A stretch of DNA of 64,000 bases, taken from assembly GCF_000143415.4 (NCBI RefSeq), contig NW_003314293.1:1359104-1423103 (forward strand), given 5' to 3'. This document shows positions 1-13,275 of this stretch, piece by piece. How positions within the stretch are numbered: position 1 is the first letter of the stretch; each line of letters begins with the position of its first letter. A program made the translations under genes and the position numbers. The notes under the pieces were generated by a model. It had not been told where the DNA came from. It made no database searches and was given only the letters and a program-made list of their open reading frames with translations. The DNA comes from Selaginella moellendorffii (taxonomy: Eukaryota; Plantae; Lycopodiophyta).

Positions 1-2554
1 AGTGAAATATTAAATTTATAAAGGTTTAAATAAAAGCATTTCTCACCCAAGTCCCCAAGTTTTTAATTCAAACCCACCCCCCCACCCCCTAAATTATATC
101 CATATGATAAATGCAAAATTATGAGATAATGTTTTGAGTAAGTTTTATGACATTTTAGGCTATAATAGATTTGAGTGTCATTTAAGTGTTCATCACTATT
201 TTCAATCGTAAATCTAGCCATTTGGAGGAAAAGGAACTCATCTCATTGCTTTATTTCATCTATATTCTTGAATTTAGAAAGGAGCTTAATAAAACTATAT
301 AAGTAAATTATTTTTTCAGTTCAACTATCTATTAAGTTACATGTCATTATAGGGTCAAAATATCTCAAAAGTGGCTAAGAAAAGTAAAGAAGTTAGAAAG
401 AACATATTAAATCTTAAGATATGCTATTGTTTTCAAAAGAAAAACATTTTTTTCCTTATATTTTTTACATTTTATCACAAAATTTATCATTCAACCAATT
501 ATAAAGCTCAATTAACACAATATACATATACAAAGTATATTGCATACCACTTTTTTGTATGTTAAAAAAATAATTAAAAAACCGTTAAGATTATTTGTGG
601 GGGCATAAATCACTTGACTTGGACCAATGTTGTAAATTAGTATTAGAATTTGTTTAACAAATCCAAAATCATAAGCATTTTTGAAGTGATTTTTGTTGCG
701 AAAGAAACACATGAGAAACAAAAAAAATTAAAAGTAACAAAAAGGGCTATAAGGAAAAAGGGAAAAAATAACAATAAATAAAAAAGAAAGAAGCAATAAC
801 TACCAAGAAAAAAGAGAGAAAAGAAGTAGTAGTCGAAAAAGATGAAGAAATAAAGAAGAAGAAATTAGAAGTTTTGGAAAAAAAAGATAAGGAAAAGGAA
901 ATAATAAAAAAAACTAATTTGTTGCATATTGTATGCAACAACACTTGATTTACTTAATAATAGTGTTTTTCTTGTTTAGTATTATTTATTAATATAATTG
1001 ATCAATCAAAAATTTATAATTTATAAATACAAGATTATTTTTTTTGCACACCATTATATGGTAGAATAAACTAGAATATACTAGAAAGTGTTTAGGAAAT
1101 TTTAAAATTTATAAACATGTTTATAAATTATAAATATAATATTAATCTAAATGAATAACAATTTTTAAATAATAAAATATCCCAGAATATCTAGATATAT
1201 TTTTTATGTATCTATCAGCTCCCTCTCTTGGATAAAAAATTTTTAGATGTTAAAGGTTTTCTAGTCTCCTTGCATTTTTTCTTGCTAGGGTTTGCCCAAC
1301 ACCCAGCACCTATAGCTTATTATGAAGAGTGGAGAAGGTTGGAGATGGCTCCTCCATGCTAGATATGCTCTTCTTGGCAAAAAAGAATAAGAATTATCAC
1401 TTAAGCTAAGAGTTTACTTTGTGTTTGTGGCTATTGTAGGGAGAGTGTTGGCACTGCTTTCATCAGCCTCAGGGTTTATAGTGAATTCTCATGTCACAAA
1501 TTGGCATTTACAAATCTTTTTTCTGCCATGTTCATCGAGTGTAATATGTGTGATCCAGGTGAGAAAGAGAGACTAAGGCATTTCTTTTTTCTCGTATCTA
1601 TCCCAGAGCAAGTTACTAAGGCATTCAAGGTGCACAAAACAATGTTTGAGAGACTAGATGTATATGTTAACTATGTAGTCATTGCTGCGCAAAGGGACTT
1701 CCTCAGCACTGCAAAATGGTGCAAGGTTTAAACCCATCAAATGCACAAGCCAAATAGTAAGTCTCAACTCTCATAATTTTTTCATTCCACATTCAGGATC
1801 TCAAGAGAGCACACTCTAGCCATAAGAATCTGATGCAGGAGAGGAAGAACACCATGCTAAACTTAATGGTTTATGACTTTATGAGAGAAATGACAAGTTG
1901 TTTGGAAGCAATTGAGGAGGATTGGGTGCTGGGAATTGTGAGTATTTGGAATATTTACACTTATTTCTCTGCTGATGTTGAAGTTCCAGAAGAAGAATTG
2001 AGTTCTGAGTGAAGGCGTGGTGCTCATATCAAATTTCACTGCTACTGCATCCAATGGGTTGGGTATGTGGGAGCTAGGATTGTGTGTATCTTGGAGCCAA
2101 TGGCAATGTTGTAGCATGTTTCCTTGATAAATTTGGTTACTTATCTTTTTCAGTCTAACAAGAGACAAAGGTTTCATAGGCATTAGTATCCAGTTTAACT
2201 CTAGTTCAAAAAGCAATTTGCTCTTTACTGTGTTAATAAATTATGTTTACTACTTTCCTTTGAAGTTTTCGCCTGGATCTTGAGACCACATTAAATAACG
2301 TAAACCTTTATTTATCATTATGTTTCTAATTACGCACTATTTAAAAAAAAGTGGTTTAACAGCTAGCATATATGTACAAACATAAACTTATTTTGCACTC
2401 TCGGTAAAGAAAAAATCCAAATAAATAGGAATAAGAACCAACCTAGCAAGTTCTGATTTTGGTTTGAAAGTTTGGCTGAAGTGTCGGCGGTGCCCACGAT
2501 GCGAGAGAACGCGTTCAAGCCCTAGCCAGCGTTCCATGCGGGGGCCGATCGCCA

Positions 2555-4028
2555 ATGCCAGAGGACGATGCATATCGATTCGAGGTCACGGGGCCAAAGC
2601 GCAAGCATTTCAACTGGTAAAGAATTTCGCCGCCCTAGCTGCATTGCTCTGTTTGAAGCGATTCTTGGCGGGCTGGGTGTGTGATTTTGGCAGTAGAATC
2701 CCGTTTCGATTGATTCCAATCGCCCCCGAGAGAATTCTCAGCTACCCTAGGCTTGTCTTTGGATCATAGCCTTTCATTTGTCCCATTTTGGTGTCTCTTT
2801 CGTTCACTTGCGTGATAAGGGCTGATTGATAAGTAGCTAGAGTTATTTCGATGGCTAGTCTTTAGTGGATTGGTCCTCACTTCTCCATTCTTTTTTTTTT
2901 TGTTGTTTCGCAAAGCTTGCTTGGGCTTTTGTCTACTTTTTTGTTTCATTGCTGCTAAAGACTTGGTCCGGTTAGAGTTCTCGTCCTTTAAAAGCTTTTT
3001 ATCTCGAGTCCTCGCGAGTTCTTACCATACATTCTTTCCAGGGATGTTCCGGACGACAAAAGAGCAATCTTGGCATGCCTTGTGTCAAGCGTGTACTCAC
3101 TCCAGCACGACAGATCGAAAAACTACACAGGAACTCCGCAAGCTCTCGCTCCTCCCTGGTGGACGTCCTTCAACTACGAGCTCCTCGACGTGATCCTCGG
3201 CAATGACAAGCTCCGGATCAACGGCGCAGTGTTCGTGTGGAACTACAAAAACCACTGGAAGCCTGCCAGAGCTCCGATGGTGGTCCTGGCGCTCAGAGGC
3301 ACGGACAGCCTAACCAGCGACTACATCGTCGACTTCAAGATCGCCAACCAGGAGCTTTACAAGACAGGCAGGTTCACAGCCGCGTACAACGCTCTCCGAA
3401 ACGCCGTCGCATGGCATGGCAAGGACAACGTTTGCATCACGGGGCACTCGCTCGGATGATGGCATCGCAGGGCCAGTTCGTCGAGGCTCATCTCTTCAAT
3501 CCGCCATTCTCGTCCTCGACCGCTCCATACAAGTCACTCTTTGGTGCTGAGACTTACAGCAATCTCCAAGAGGTTTACACCGTTGCAAAGGCCGGGCTCG
3601 TCAACTTACTGGTGGATGCCGCAAAGAGAAGGGAGTCCGAGGCAGAGTTTGCGGCACTTGGAAGCTGGTACCCGGACATGTATGTTCATCCCAGTGATCC
3701 GGTATGCTCGGGCTTTCTCGAGCACTTCAAGAACTATCAGTATATGCTACAGGGGAAGTACGCGAGATTGGCGATGCCTCACGAATCCATCCGGGGCGTG
3801 CTCTGCTCCTCCAAAGCGAAGCCGCATCACCTCATCCCCTCGGCAAGGCTTCACGTCCCAGCGGATGAAGGCAAAGCTGCGAGTGCTCGAGACGCTCATT
3901 CTCTTACACAGTGGTGGTCGGATGGAGCAGTCGTCCAGGTGCAATTTGTCAACTTGACAGGTCAAGAACACTTGGATCATCCGCTGCAAATCCCGTTTGG
4001 GGGGATAAGCGACGAAGCTATGGTGTAG
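2555..4028 (+). pseudogene. Class-3 lipase-like gene copy L1 (At4g10955-like), frameshifted
   Basis: Exon 1 is 2555-2616 (MPEDDAYRFEVTGPKRKHFN+TG, then GTAAAG); intron 2617-3041 ends TTCTTTCCAG; exon 2 starts at 3042. A 28-bp deletion between two CGCTCGGA repeats gives GHSLG followed directly by TGA; the remainder continues in another frame to 4028. Confidence 0.88.
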
Positions 4029-4490
4029 TACGCGGCTACATATTTTCTCTGTGCTCAAAGAGCCCGAGAAAAAAGTTTTTATTTTTTCCTGTGCTAGACC
4101 AAGGTTTGAAGAGAACGCGGCGTGTTTTCGACGTTCAATCTTACTGGAAGAACGTCACAGGTGGATGTTTACCACGTCATGACTTTACAATGAACACTTT
4201 CATTGTCTGCTCGAGCCAAAGCCTTCAAGCTCGCGTTTGTTTTTGTTAGATGGTTAAAGAGAGAACGAGGCCGGATAATGAGGGTTGGCGGTTTCAACTG
4301 GAGAAGCACAAACCAGTGAGGACAGATAATGGAGAATAACTTCAGAAAGAAGAAGCTGAGCTTCCCGAAAATGAGATTTTTTAATCGATCAAGCGTTCAC
4401 TCTGCTTCCGCGAAAGTTAGGTTTTTTATGGGGCTCCTTGCATCCCTTTTGCAGTACTATAAGGTCACTCTTCTAGGTATTGCCCTTGTG

Positions 4491-5735
4491 ATGAAGAAAC
4501 GGAGACATGAAGCGCCTGTGTTGCTGCAAGACGACGTTTTGGAGACGGTTCTCAGCTATGTGGACCTGGCCACACTAGCGACCTCATGCTCCGCCGTTTG
4601 CAAGTCATGGAACGCCATCATCGGCGATCCATCCTTTCGCCGCCGCTGGTGCCAAAACAGTGGCCACAAGGAATCCTTGCGGCTTATGACTAGCTCCTTC
4701 GACTACGGCGAGCGTTGCCACGCCTGGGATCCATCACGGCCCCAACGCAGCGTGGAGTTTCCGTTGCCCCACAAAACGGAAGAATTTCCTAACGCTCAAG
4801 TGGTTGCTTCCGCGGGTGGCCTGGTATGCGTCTTCAGGACGCACAGGGGCATGGTTGATCCTGCTGATGATGTGTTTCACCTGGTGGTGGGGAATCCAGT
4901 GACCCAAGAGTGGAGCGAACTACCACCGCTCCATTGGGAGGACAGAGAAAGATGCACTTTAGCGGGAGTGATCGACTTTGCCATGTTCGTCGACAAGAAT
5001 GGCTTCAAAGTCGGTCTGCACTACACCGCTGTCGACTTCTCAGGCCACTGGTGCTGCATCTACGACTCGGCAACGCGCTCCTGGTCTTCTCTCCCCAAGC
5101 TCCCGTTCTCGCCAGCCTACGTCAAAATGAAGGCGCAGCGGCTTTCAGATTACAGGGTGGACGTGGCACCCCCTGCCGTATTCCCAGGCTTGGACGATTA
5201 CTTCTACGATCTCACCATCCTGGGATTTTACGACTTTGGCCGCGCCAGGTGGAGCACCGGGGAAGTCGTGCGCAGCCTGAGGATTACAACAGGCCTGGAA
5301 GACAAGGTTGACCCGGATGGAGAGATCCTGCGCTGCGTCTTGCCGCTCCCGGGACTGTGCACCGCGAGGCTGTGGGAGTACAATGGCCAGCGATACTTGG
5401 CAAGTGGCTGGGTGTATGCGGGAGGCTACCGCGAGGCAGGGGAGTCCGGAGTTGATGGCTATGGCGTGTGGAAGGTTGACGACAAGGGTGGCTTGGTTGC
5501 CGTCTCTGCAAAGACCCATAAATCGATCCTTCGTCAAGTGTACGCTGGGCAGCGCTTTTTCGGAGCGGTTTTCCGTTGTTCTGTTCATGCAGAGGCCAAT
5601 CTGGTGATCTTTTCAGAGATAGGGATCATGTTTGTTTACGACTTGAGCACAGGGGATTGGGGCGGAGTAGGGGGGCACGTAGATGAATATTCACAAGCAG
5701 TGATTTTTCGCCCGTCCCTCAGGGCACCTAGATGA
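4491..5735 (+). CDS. F-box protein F1 (N-terminal F-box plus kelch/FBA-like C-terminal region)
   Basis: LQDDVLETVLSYVDLATLATSCSAVCKSWNAIIGDPSFRR is an F-box motif; VASAGGLVC, VGNPVTQEWSELPP and IYDSATRSW are typical of plant F-box proteins. The ORF is open from 4329, but MKKRR at 4491 is the start shared by all copies. Confidence 0.88.
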   Translation: MKKRRHEAPVLLQDDVLETVLSYVDLATLATSCSAVCKSWNAIIGDPSFRRRWCQNSGHKESLRLMTSSFDYGERCHAWDPSRPQRSVEFPLPHKTEEFPNAQVVASAGGLVCVFRTHRGMVDPADDVFHLVVGNPVTQEWSELPPLHWEDRERCTLAGVIDFAMFVDKNGFKVGLHYTAVDFSGHWCCIYDSATRSWSSLPKLPFSPAYVKMKAQRLSDYRVDVAPPAVFPGLDDYFYDLTILGFYDFGRARWSTGEVVRSLRITTGLEDKVDPDGEILRCVLPLPGLCTARLWEYNGQRYLASGWVYAGGYREAGESGVDGYGVWKVDDKGGLVAVSAKTHKSILRQVYAGQRFFGAVFRCSVHAEANLVIFSEIGIMFVYDLSTGDWGGVGGHVDEYSQAVIFRPSLRAPR

Positions 5736-8001
5736 TCCAGAAAGGAGGATGAACGCCACACAAACAGGTATTGTTAATCCTAGAGTACATAAATTGCAAG
5801 ATATATTACATTATTGAGATTATTGTAATAGTAGCTTAGTATAATAAAATGTATTGAGAAGCAAAGAGTGGATAAATTTTTGCTCGTTTTTTGCATTTTA
5901 TGAGTTGAATATATTTTTATTCAAAGAGTTTTAAAGATGGCACTAATTAATATTTATTAAGAAGTTTCTAGTTTATAACAATAATAGAAATTGTTGAACT
6001 TTGTGAATTTCATCAATTGATGCTATTAAATAAAGGGTAATATCGTTTTTTCACTATGCATTTTTTTGAATTTTTTTTGTAATGTTGAGTCAACCAATAG
6101 GTGTATGACATACATTAGATTAGGGAAGAAGGTAGATATAATATTTATTTTTTTGCTTATTCAAAGAAATTTTGTGAGAGTAAAATTTTCTTTACTATAG
6201 CATGCTCTTTTCCTTAATTTTCTTTTTAGGGTAATAAGTCCATTTCTCACATCTTTATTTAAATCTTTGTAAGTTTTTTAATTTCTTTTTTTTACTACAA
6301 AAATATTAAATCTATAAATATTCTTCAATCTCAATATAAATCATAGATGAGAATGCTATATTTTGAAGATTTCAAAGGGGAAAGGGGATTGTAGGGATTA
6401 GCTTTTTTTAAAACATATTAAAGAAATATTAAGCCAACTTCAAGAATAAATAAAAATTTAATCTCAAAGAAGAAAGTTAATACACTTTATCATATTACTT
6501 CTTTTCAGATAAGGGAAAATGTGAATTTTTTTTAAAAAAGAATCATTCCTTTGGTAAAAAAATACATAAATCTAAGAAAAAGAAGCTAGCATGGTAGCAC
6601 CTTAGGAAACTAAAAAAAAAGGTATAATATAAAATAGTTTAAAGATTTCTAAATTTAATTCAAATTTACACTTTCATTTTATAATCAATTTTTAACATCC
6701 TTATGATGCCCCAAGATATGGGGGAATATAATTTCTCCTTCTTTGATCCTTATTAAATTATTTTTTGTTCACAACAATATTTGCCAATTCTGTTATTAGA
6801 ACAAGTTCCAAGAGTTAATAGGATTTAATGAATAAGTTTTTAAGCCTTCCTCACCACATAGCTATACTTTTAGTTATTAAGCAAAAGGACCATTCATTTT
6901 TTATTAAATTCCCCAATCATGTATTTAAAGTAAAGTTCTGATGAGTTATACAAAATATTCAAATAGTGCTACCCACACTTGAATTAAGAGCATTGACCAT
7001 TCAATCTCCTAAAAAAGATAGAGCTAAATATTATACATTTCAACAAATCATTCAATTTATCCATTCATGTTTATTTTAACCTTGGACTCCTTAATATTTA
7101 CATCATCACCCACCATATGAAAATAACCTTTTTTGGTCATATTGATTCTTTAGAATCCTCCTCTTATTATCCCATAGAAACTTATTAAACCCCTTAATGT
7201 TTAGGAAAAAATTGCTTTGGGCTTTCACCCCACCTTCAAATATGTTTGTCCCTAGATATATCAAGCCTTATAAGTTATAAGTTATTAGCCTTATAAGTTA
7301 TTTGATACATAATTTATATATGGCATGGCTATCAAGAAAAAGGCAGTAATCATAATGTAATATTGAGGCTTAGGGGAAAAACATATTTAAAAGCTAAAAA
7401 CACCTAAGTAAGATTTTAGAGCTAAAATTCTATCACAATATTTAATTTTGTGTTTTCAATTGCTATATAGGATAAAGAGAAATTAGTGCCATAAGGTTGG
7501 GGTGTTTACCATGTAGGAGTGAGGCATAAAATTTATGGAGGTTTAAATAAAGGCACTTCTCACCCAAGTCTTTAATTCAAACCCCATATTTATATGATAA
7601 ATGGAAAATTATGAAGTAAATTTTTATGTAGATTTTATGACATTTTAGGCTATAATAGATTTGATTGTCATCACTTTTTTCAATTGCAAATTTAGCCATT
7701 TGGAGAAAAAGGAACTCATCCTATTGTTCTATTTCATTAGTGTTCTTAAGTTTAGAAAAGAATTTAATAAAACTATACAAATAAGTAATTTGTTGAGTTC
7801 AACTATCTATTAAGTTGCATTTTATTATAGGGTTAAAATATCTCGAGAATGGTTAAGAAAAGTAAAGAAGTTAGGAAAAACATATCAAATTTAAAAGTAT
7901 GCTATTTTTTTAAAAAGAGAAACATTCTTTCCTTATATTTCTTAGATTCTATCACAAAATTTATTCAATCAATTACAAAACTCAATTATTATTTTATATA
8001 T

Positions 8002-11000
8002 CCTGAGGGCCAAGTGTATGGCTACGATGTCGTATACTAATATTAGCATAATAGGATTTTGGTAGCTGTCAGATTGGTTTCAATCCAGACCACTCACTCT
8101 TGTATATAAGCTAAGGTTTTTGGGTTAATTGATATGCACGTTTCTATATTCCCTTTCCATATTCCATGCACTCACATTGGTGGAGGTAAGGGGCACCTTT
8201 GATTGTCCCTGAAGAGTGTTTGGATTTGAGATTTTGGTTTAGATCTAGCTTTTGCATTGTTTAGATCTAACTTTTTCCATTTCCTTCCTTTTGTTCTTTC
8301 TTTTTAGGATTTTGGTTTAGATCTAGCTTTTTGCATTGTCTAAATTTATCATTTCCTTCTAGCTTTTTTCTCTTTTTTTGCTCTTTCTTTTTCATTCATT
8401 TTCATGGTAGATCAACAATCTCCTCTAACTCGAGTAGTAGTTGGTACAATTGCTTAATGCTATGTGCTTGCAATTGAACAACCAAACTCAATTGATGGCA
8501 GCATTCACGGCACGTGGTACAACTCCTGCTCTTGGTGCCAATCCTTGCATTCGGCCGGAGTTCTTTCGCAGGAATCCTAGGGATGATGTGTACCATTGGT
8601 TTAATCACTTCATGGTGATTGCCATATATCATTCTTGGGATGATGCTCGCTATTTGTGTGGGTTTCCCATATGTCTCCAAGGGACGGCATTGCAGTGGTA
8701 CAATGGTTTGAGCGCAACCACTCGTGAGGATTGAGTATTCTACAAATTGATCATGACAAACTTGTAGTTGTTCTAAAGTTCCTTACTCTGAAGTGTGTGA
8801 ATGATGTGCAACGCTTCTTGGGCAAGGTGCAATATCTTGGTTGTTTTGTAGATCATCTTTCTGATCACATTGCACTGTTGCGAGCGTTGCTAAAGTCATC
8901 AATATCATCTTTCATCTGGTCTCTAGATTGTGAGTGGGCGTTCAAGGATCTCAAAGAGCTATTGACGACTCCTCTGATTTTGGCATATCCTAACTACACT
9001 TGACCTTTATTTTGCGCATGGATGCTTATGACATTGATCTTGGAGATGTGTTGATTCAAGAGAGCTTGAGTGTGCCTGATCAGTGCCATCCCATTATGTA
9101 TATAAGCCATACATTACAACCAGCAGAAATGAACTACTCCACGACAGAGAAGGAGTGTTTAGTAGCAATTTAGGGTTTCAAGAAACTTCATGCATATCTA
9201 CATGGTTCTCGGACGTTACTTGAAGGTGATCATGCTGTTGTTACTTCATTATTAAAGCAGAAGAACCTAGTTAGTCATACTGCTTAATAGGCGTTGAAGC
9301 TTTAGATATATGATTTTGATGTTATTCATCGCCCTGGGAGTTCTTTGGCTGATGTTGATGCCCTTTTTCGAGCTCCTCTTTCTTCTCCATTCTCTTCTCA
9401 TGTTTCTGACGAGCCTGTTGTTTTAGCCTCTGTGGATTTTCTATACGAGGATTCTGTGCCGTTGACAGTTGTTGTACTTGACGTTCAGTGTCCACAAGGC
9501 GTAGAGCAAGATCTACCTTCTCTTGATGAGGTTCGCGAGGCTCAAAAGATTGAGCTGTGGATTCGAAGACTTTGAGATGGGTTTAAGAATCTTGCATCAC
9601 TTGCTGATGACTTGCCTTTCTGGCATTTATATTCTCAATATCACCTTGAAGACGGCCTTCTTTATTTTGTGGGGACGGATCCTAATGATCATTTACGGCT
9701 AGTGGTGCCTTCTATCTTTATTCCGCGGTTTCTCTATGCCTAACATGATTCTGGTGGGCATATGGGACATCGTCGCGTAACCAAGAAGCTGCGTAGGTCT
9801 TTCTATTGGCCGGAGATATAATGTGATATTATCCGGTATGTGCATAGCTGCGTTTGGTGCCAAGCTCGTAATACTCCCCTTCGGGTTGCAGAAGGACCGT
9901 TGGAGTCAATTACAATTTCCCGTCTGTTTGAGTTGGTGACATTTGATCTTATGGGACCTTTTCCACGATCGACTATTGGCAATGAGTATGTTATTATTGC
10001 TTCTGACTACTTGACTCGTTGGGTGGAAGTTGGTGCTCTTGCTAGCGCCTCTGCAACTGTTGTTGGATACTTCCTCCTCAATCGAGTGGTGTTTCAACAT
10101 TCTTGTCCAGAGCGAATTCTTTCGAATAGAGGTCCTACATTTATGGCTGAGGCATTTCATGTTTTGATGTCTCGGTTGGGGATACGCCACACTTTCACGA
10201 GTACTTATCATCCACAATTAAACGGTCTGGTGGAATAACTCATTTGGACATTCAAGGGGATAATTGCAAAGTATGTGAACTTTTAGCATTCGGATTGGGA
10301 TGGTTATTTGCCGTCTCTTCGGTATGCATATATCACAAGGGTGCAGAGTTCTATTGGTGCTTCACCATATAAATTCCTATATGGTCATGATCCAATATTA
10401 CCAATGGAACTAGGTTTACCTTCGCGATTGCCATGAGTTGCAAATATTAAGTTGTGGGATCAGTATTTGACAAGCATTCTTCCACTTGTCCAAGCGGAGT
10501 TTGCCAAACACTTAGGCCACGTACAAGTGGGACAACAACGGTGGTACAACTCCCATCATCGTCCACCTGCAGAGTACAAAGTGGATGATTTGGTGTTAGT
10601 TTATTTTCCCTATCTTATGGTACGTGGTTTATCTAAAAGGCTCTTTGCACAATGGAAAGGACCATATTGGGTGTTATGGCAAGTTGGACTACAAGTTTAT
10701 GAGGTTCGGCATGATATCCAGCAGGCTGATCTTCCAGAGATTGTGTATGTGCAGTAGTTGAAACGCTTCATACAAAGGGATCAGGAGCAGTTAATACCAC
10801 CTACAGATCCACCGATGCCTCCTCTTGACATTCCTCTAGATCCCGGCCTGTCTACAAGAGAACCCTAATGCTCTTCCATTATTCTAAGAGGAGGGGATGA
10901 TGTGAGGGCCAAGTGTATGGCTACAATGCCATATACTAATATTAGCATAATGGGATTTTGGTAGCCATTGGATTGGTTTCAATCTAGACCACTCACTCCT

Positions 11001-11071
11001 GTATATAAGCTAGGGTTTTTGGGCTAATTGATATACACATTTTTGTATTCCCTTTTTATATTCCATGCACT

Positions 11072-11075
<4 letters not shown>
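8002..11075 (+). mobile_element. Ty3/Gypsy LTR retrotransposon A, internally deleted and non-autonomous
   Basis: 175-bp LTRs at 8002-8176 and 10901-11075; PBS TGGTGGAG at 8178; PPT AAGAGGAGGGGATGA. Gag N-terminus is fused to the RT tail, RNase H and integrase relics (FDLMGPFP, WKGPY) with many stops; protease and most of RT are missing. Confidence 0.92.
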
Positions 11076-11078
<3 letters not shown>

Positions 11079-11143
<65 letters not shown>

Positions 11144-11164
11144 TAGATAGATAGATAGATAGAT
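11079..11164. repeat. (AT)n(AGAT)n microsatellite at the 3' end of element A
   Basis: Directly visible; the counterpart next to element B is a shorter (AT)n at about 22216-22265. Confidence 0.95.
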
Positions 11165-13275
11165 AAAGTACATTGCATGCCACTTCTTTGCATGGTAAAA
11201 AAAACAATAAGAAAAACCAGTAAAATTATTTATGGGAGCATAAAGTCGCTTGATTTGGATCAATATTATAAACTAGCATTGAGATTGATTTAACAGGTCT
11301 AAAATTCATAAGTGTTATTGTGCTGCAAAAGAAACACATGAGAAAAAAATAGAAGTAATAAAAAAAGCTATAAGAAAAAAGGGAAAAAAAGTAACAATAA
11401 AAAAGAAAGAAGTAACAACTACTAAGAAAAAAGAGAGAGAAGAAGTAGTAGTCATAAAAGCTGAAGTAATAAAGAAAAAAAATTAGAAGCTTTGGAAAAA
11501 CATGAGAAGGAAAAAGAAATAATAAAAAAAACTAATTTGTTGCATATTGTATGCAACAACACTTGATTTTCTTAATAATAGTGTAATTCTTGTTTAGTAT
11601 TGTTTAATAATATAATTGATCAATCAAAAATTTATAATTTAAAAATATAAGATTAATTTTATTGCACACCAATAAAATAGAATATACTAGAAAGTGTTTA
11701 GAAAAATTTATAATTTATAAACATGTTTGTAAACTATAAGAATAAAAACTATTAAATAGTAGAATATCCCAGAATATCTAAATATATTTTTGATGTATTT
11801 ATCAACTCCCTCTCTTCAATAGAAAAATTTTGGATGTTAAGGGCTTTCTAGTGAATAAAGTTTCCTTGCATTTTTTCTTGCTAGAGTCTGCCCAACACCC
11901 AGCACCCATAACTTATTATGAAGAGTGAAGAAGGTTGGAGATGGCTCCTCTATGCTAGATATGGCATTGCTATGTCCTCTTCTTGGCAAGAAAGAATAAG
12001 AATTCTCACTCAAGCTAAGAGTTTATTTTGTGTTTGTGGCTATTATAGGGAGAGTGTTGGCACTACTTTCATTAGCTTCAGGGTTTATAGTGAATTCTCA
12101 TGTCATGAGTTTACATATCTTTTTTCTGCCATATTCATCAAGTGCAATATGTGTGATCCAAGTGAGAAAGAGAGACGTAAGGCATTTCTTTTTTCTCATA
12201 TCTATCCTAGAGCAAATTACTAAGGCATTCAAGGAGCACAAAACAATGTTTGTGAGACTGGATGTATATATTAACTATGTGAGCATTGCCGAGCAAAGGG
12301 ACTTCCTCAGCAATGCAAAATGGTGCAAGGTCTTGAGTGTGAACCCATCAAATGCACAATCCAAGTAGTAAGTCTCAATTCTCACAATTTCCTCATTCCA
12401 CATTCTGGATCTCAAGAGAGCACACTCTAGCCATAAGAATCTGATGTGGGAGAGGAAGAACATTGTGCTAAACTTAATGTTTTATGACTTTATGAGAGAA
12501 ATGACAAGTTGTTTGGAAGCAATTGAGGAGGATTGGGTGTTGGGAATTGTGGGTATTGGAATATTTACACTTATTTCTCTGCCAGGATTTAGATGAAGTG
12601 ATAGTGAAGTTCTAGGAGAAGAATTGAGTTCTGAATTAATGTGTGGTGCTCATATCAAATTTCACTGCTATTGCATCCAAGAAAGAAAGTAAAGTGGTTA
12701 ATACTGATAAAAAACTTTTTTCAACTTTGAAAGGGTAGGGTGTAAGCTTTATATATAAAGAATGCTGAAAGTTATTGTGAGTATGGGATAGTTTTGGGTA
12801 TTTGGGAGCTAAGATTGTATATATCTGGGAACCAATGGGGGAGCCAATGGCAATGTTATAATTTGTTTCCTTGATAAATTTAGTTACTTATCTTTTTTAG
12901 TCTAACAAGAGACAAAGTTTTCATACACATTAGTATCCAGTTTAACTCTAGTTCAAAAAGCAATTTACTCTTTACTGTGTAAATAAATTATGTTACTACT
13001 TTCTTTTGAAGTTTTCACCTCATTAAATAACTTAAACCTTATTTATCATTATGTTTCCAGATTCACACTATTTGGATATGAAATTTTAACAGCTAGCATA
13101 AATTTAAATAGCTATAAATATAAGCATTTGCTCGGTAAAAATAAAAAGGAATAAGAACCACCCTAGCAAGTTCTGGCCTGTTGTTTGAAAATTTGGCTGA
13201 AGTGTCGGCGGTGTCCACGATGCGAGAGAACGCGTTCAAGCCCTAGCCAGCGTTCCAGGCGGGGGCCGATTGCCA

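Noticed and set aside
2464-3193. ORFs MKVWLKCRRCPRC... and MVRLEFSSF... repeated upstream of each lipase
   Set aside because: They are alternative frames across the 5' UTR, exon 1 and intron; they start at TTG and are broken by indels between copies.
4329-4490. 54-aa hydrophobic N-terminal extension of the F-box ORF
   Set aside because: Absent or different in units 2 and 3 and blocked by an in-frame TAG in unit 2; the shared start is MKKRR.
4910-5607. Overlapping and antisense ORFs inside the F-box and lipase genes
   Set aside because: Shadow frames of GC-rich coding DNA; they recur only because the copies are near-identical.
11010-11263. Poly-IY ORFs
   Set aside because: Translation of the (AT)n microsatellite.
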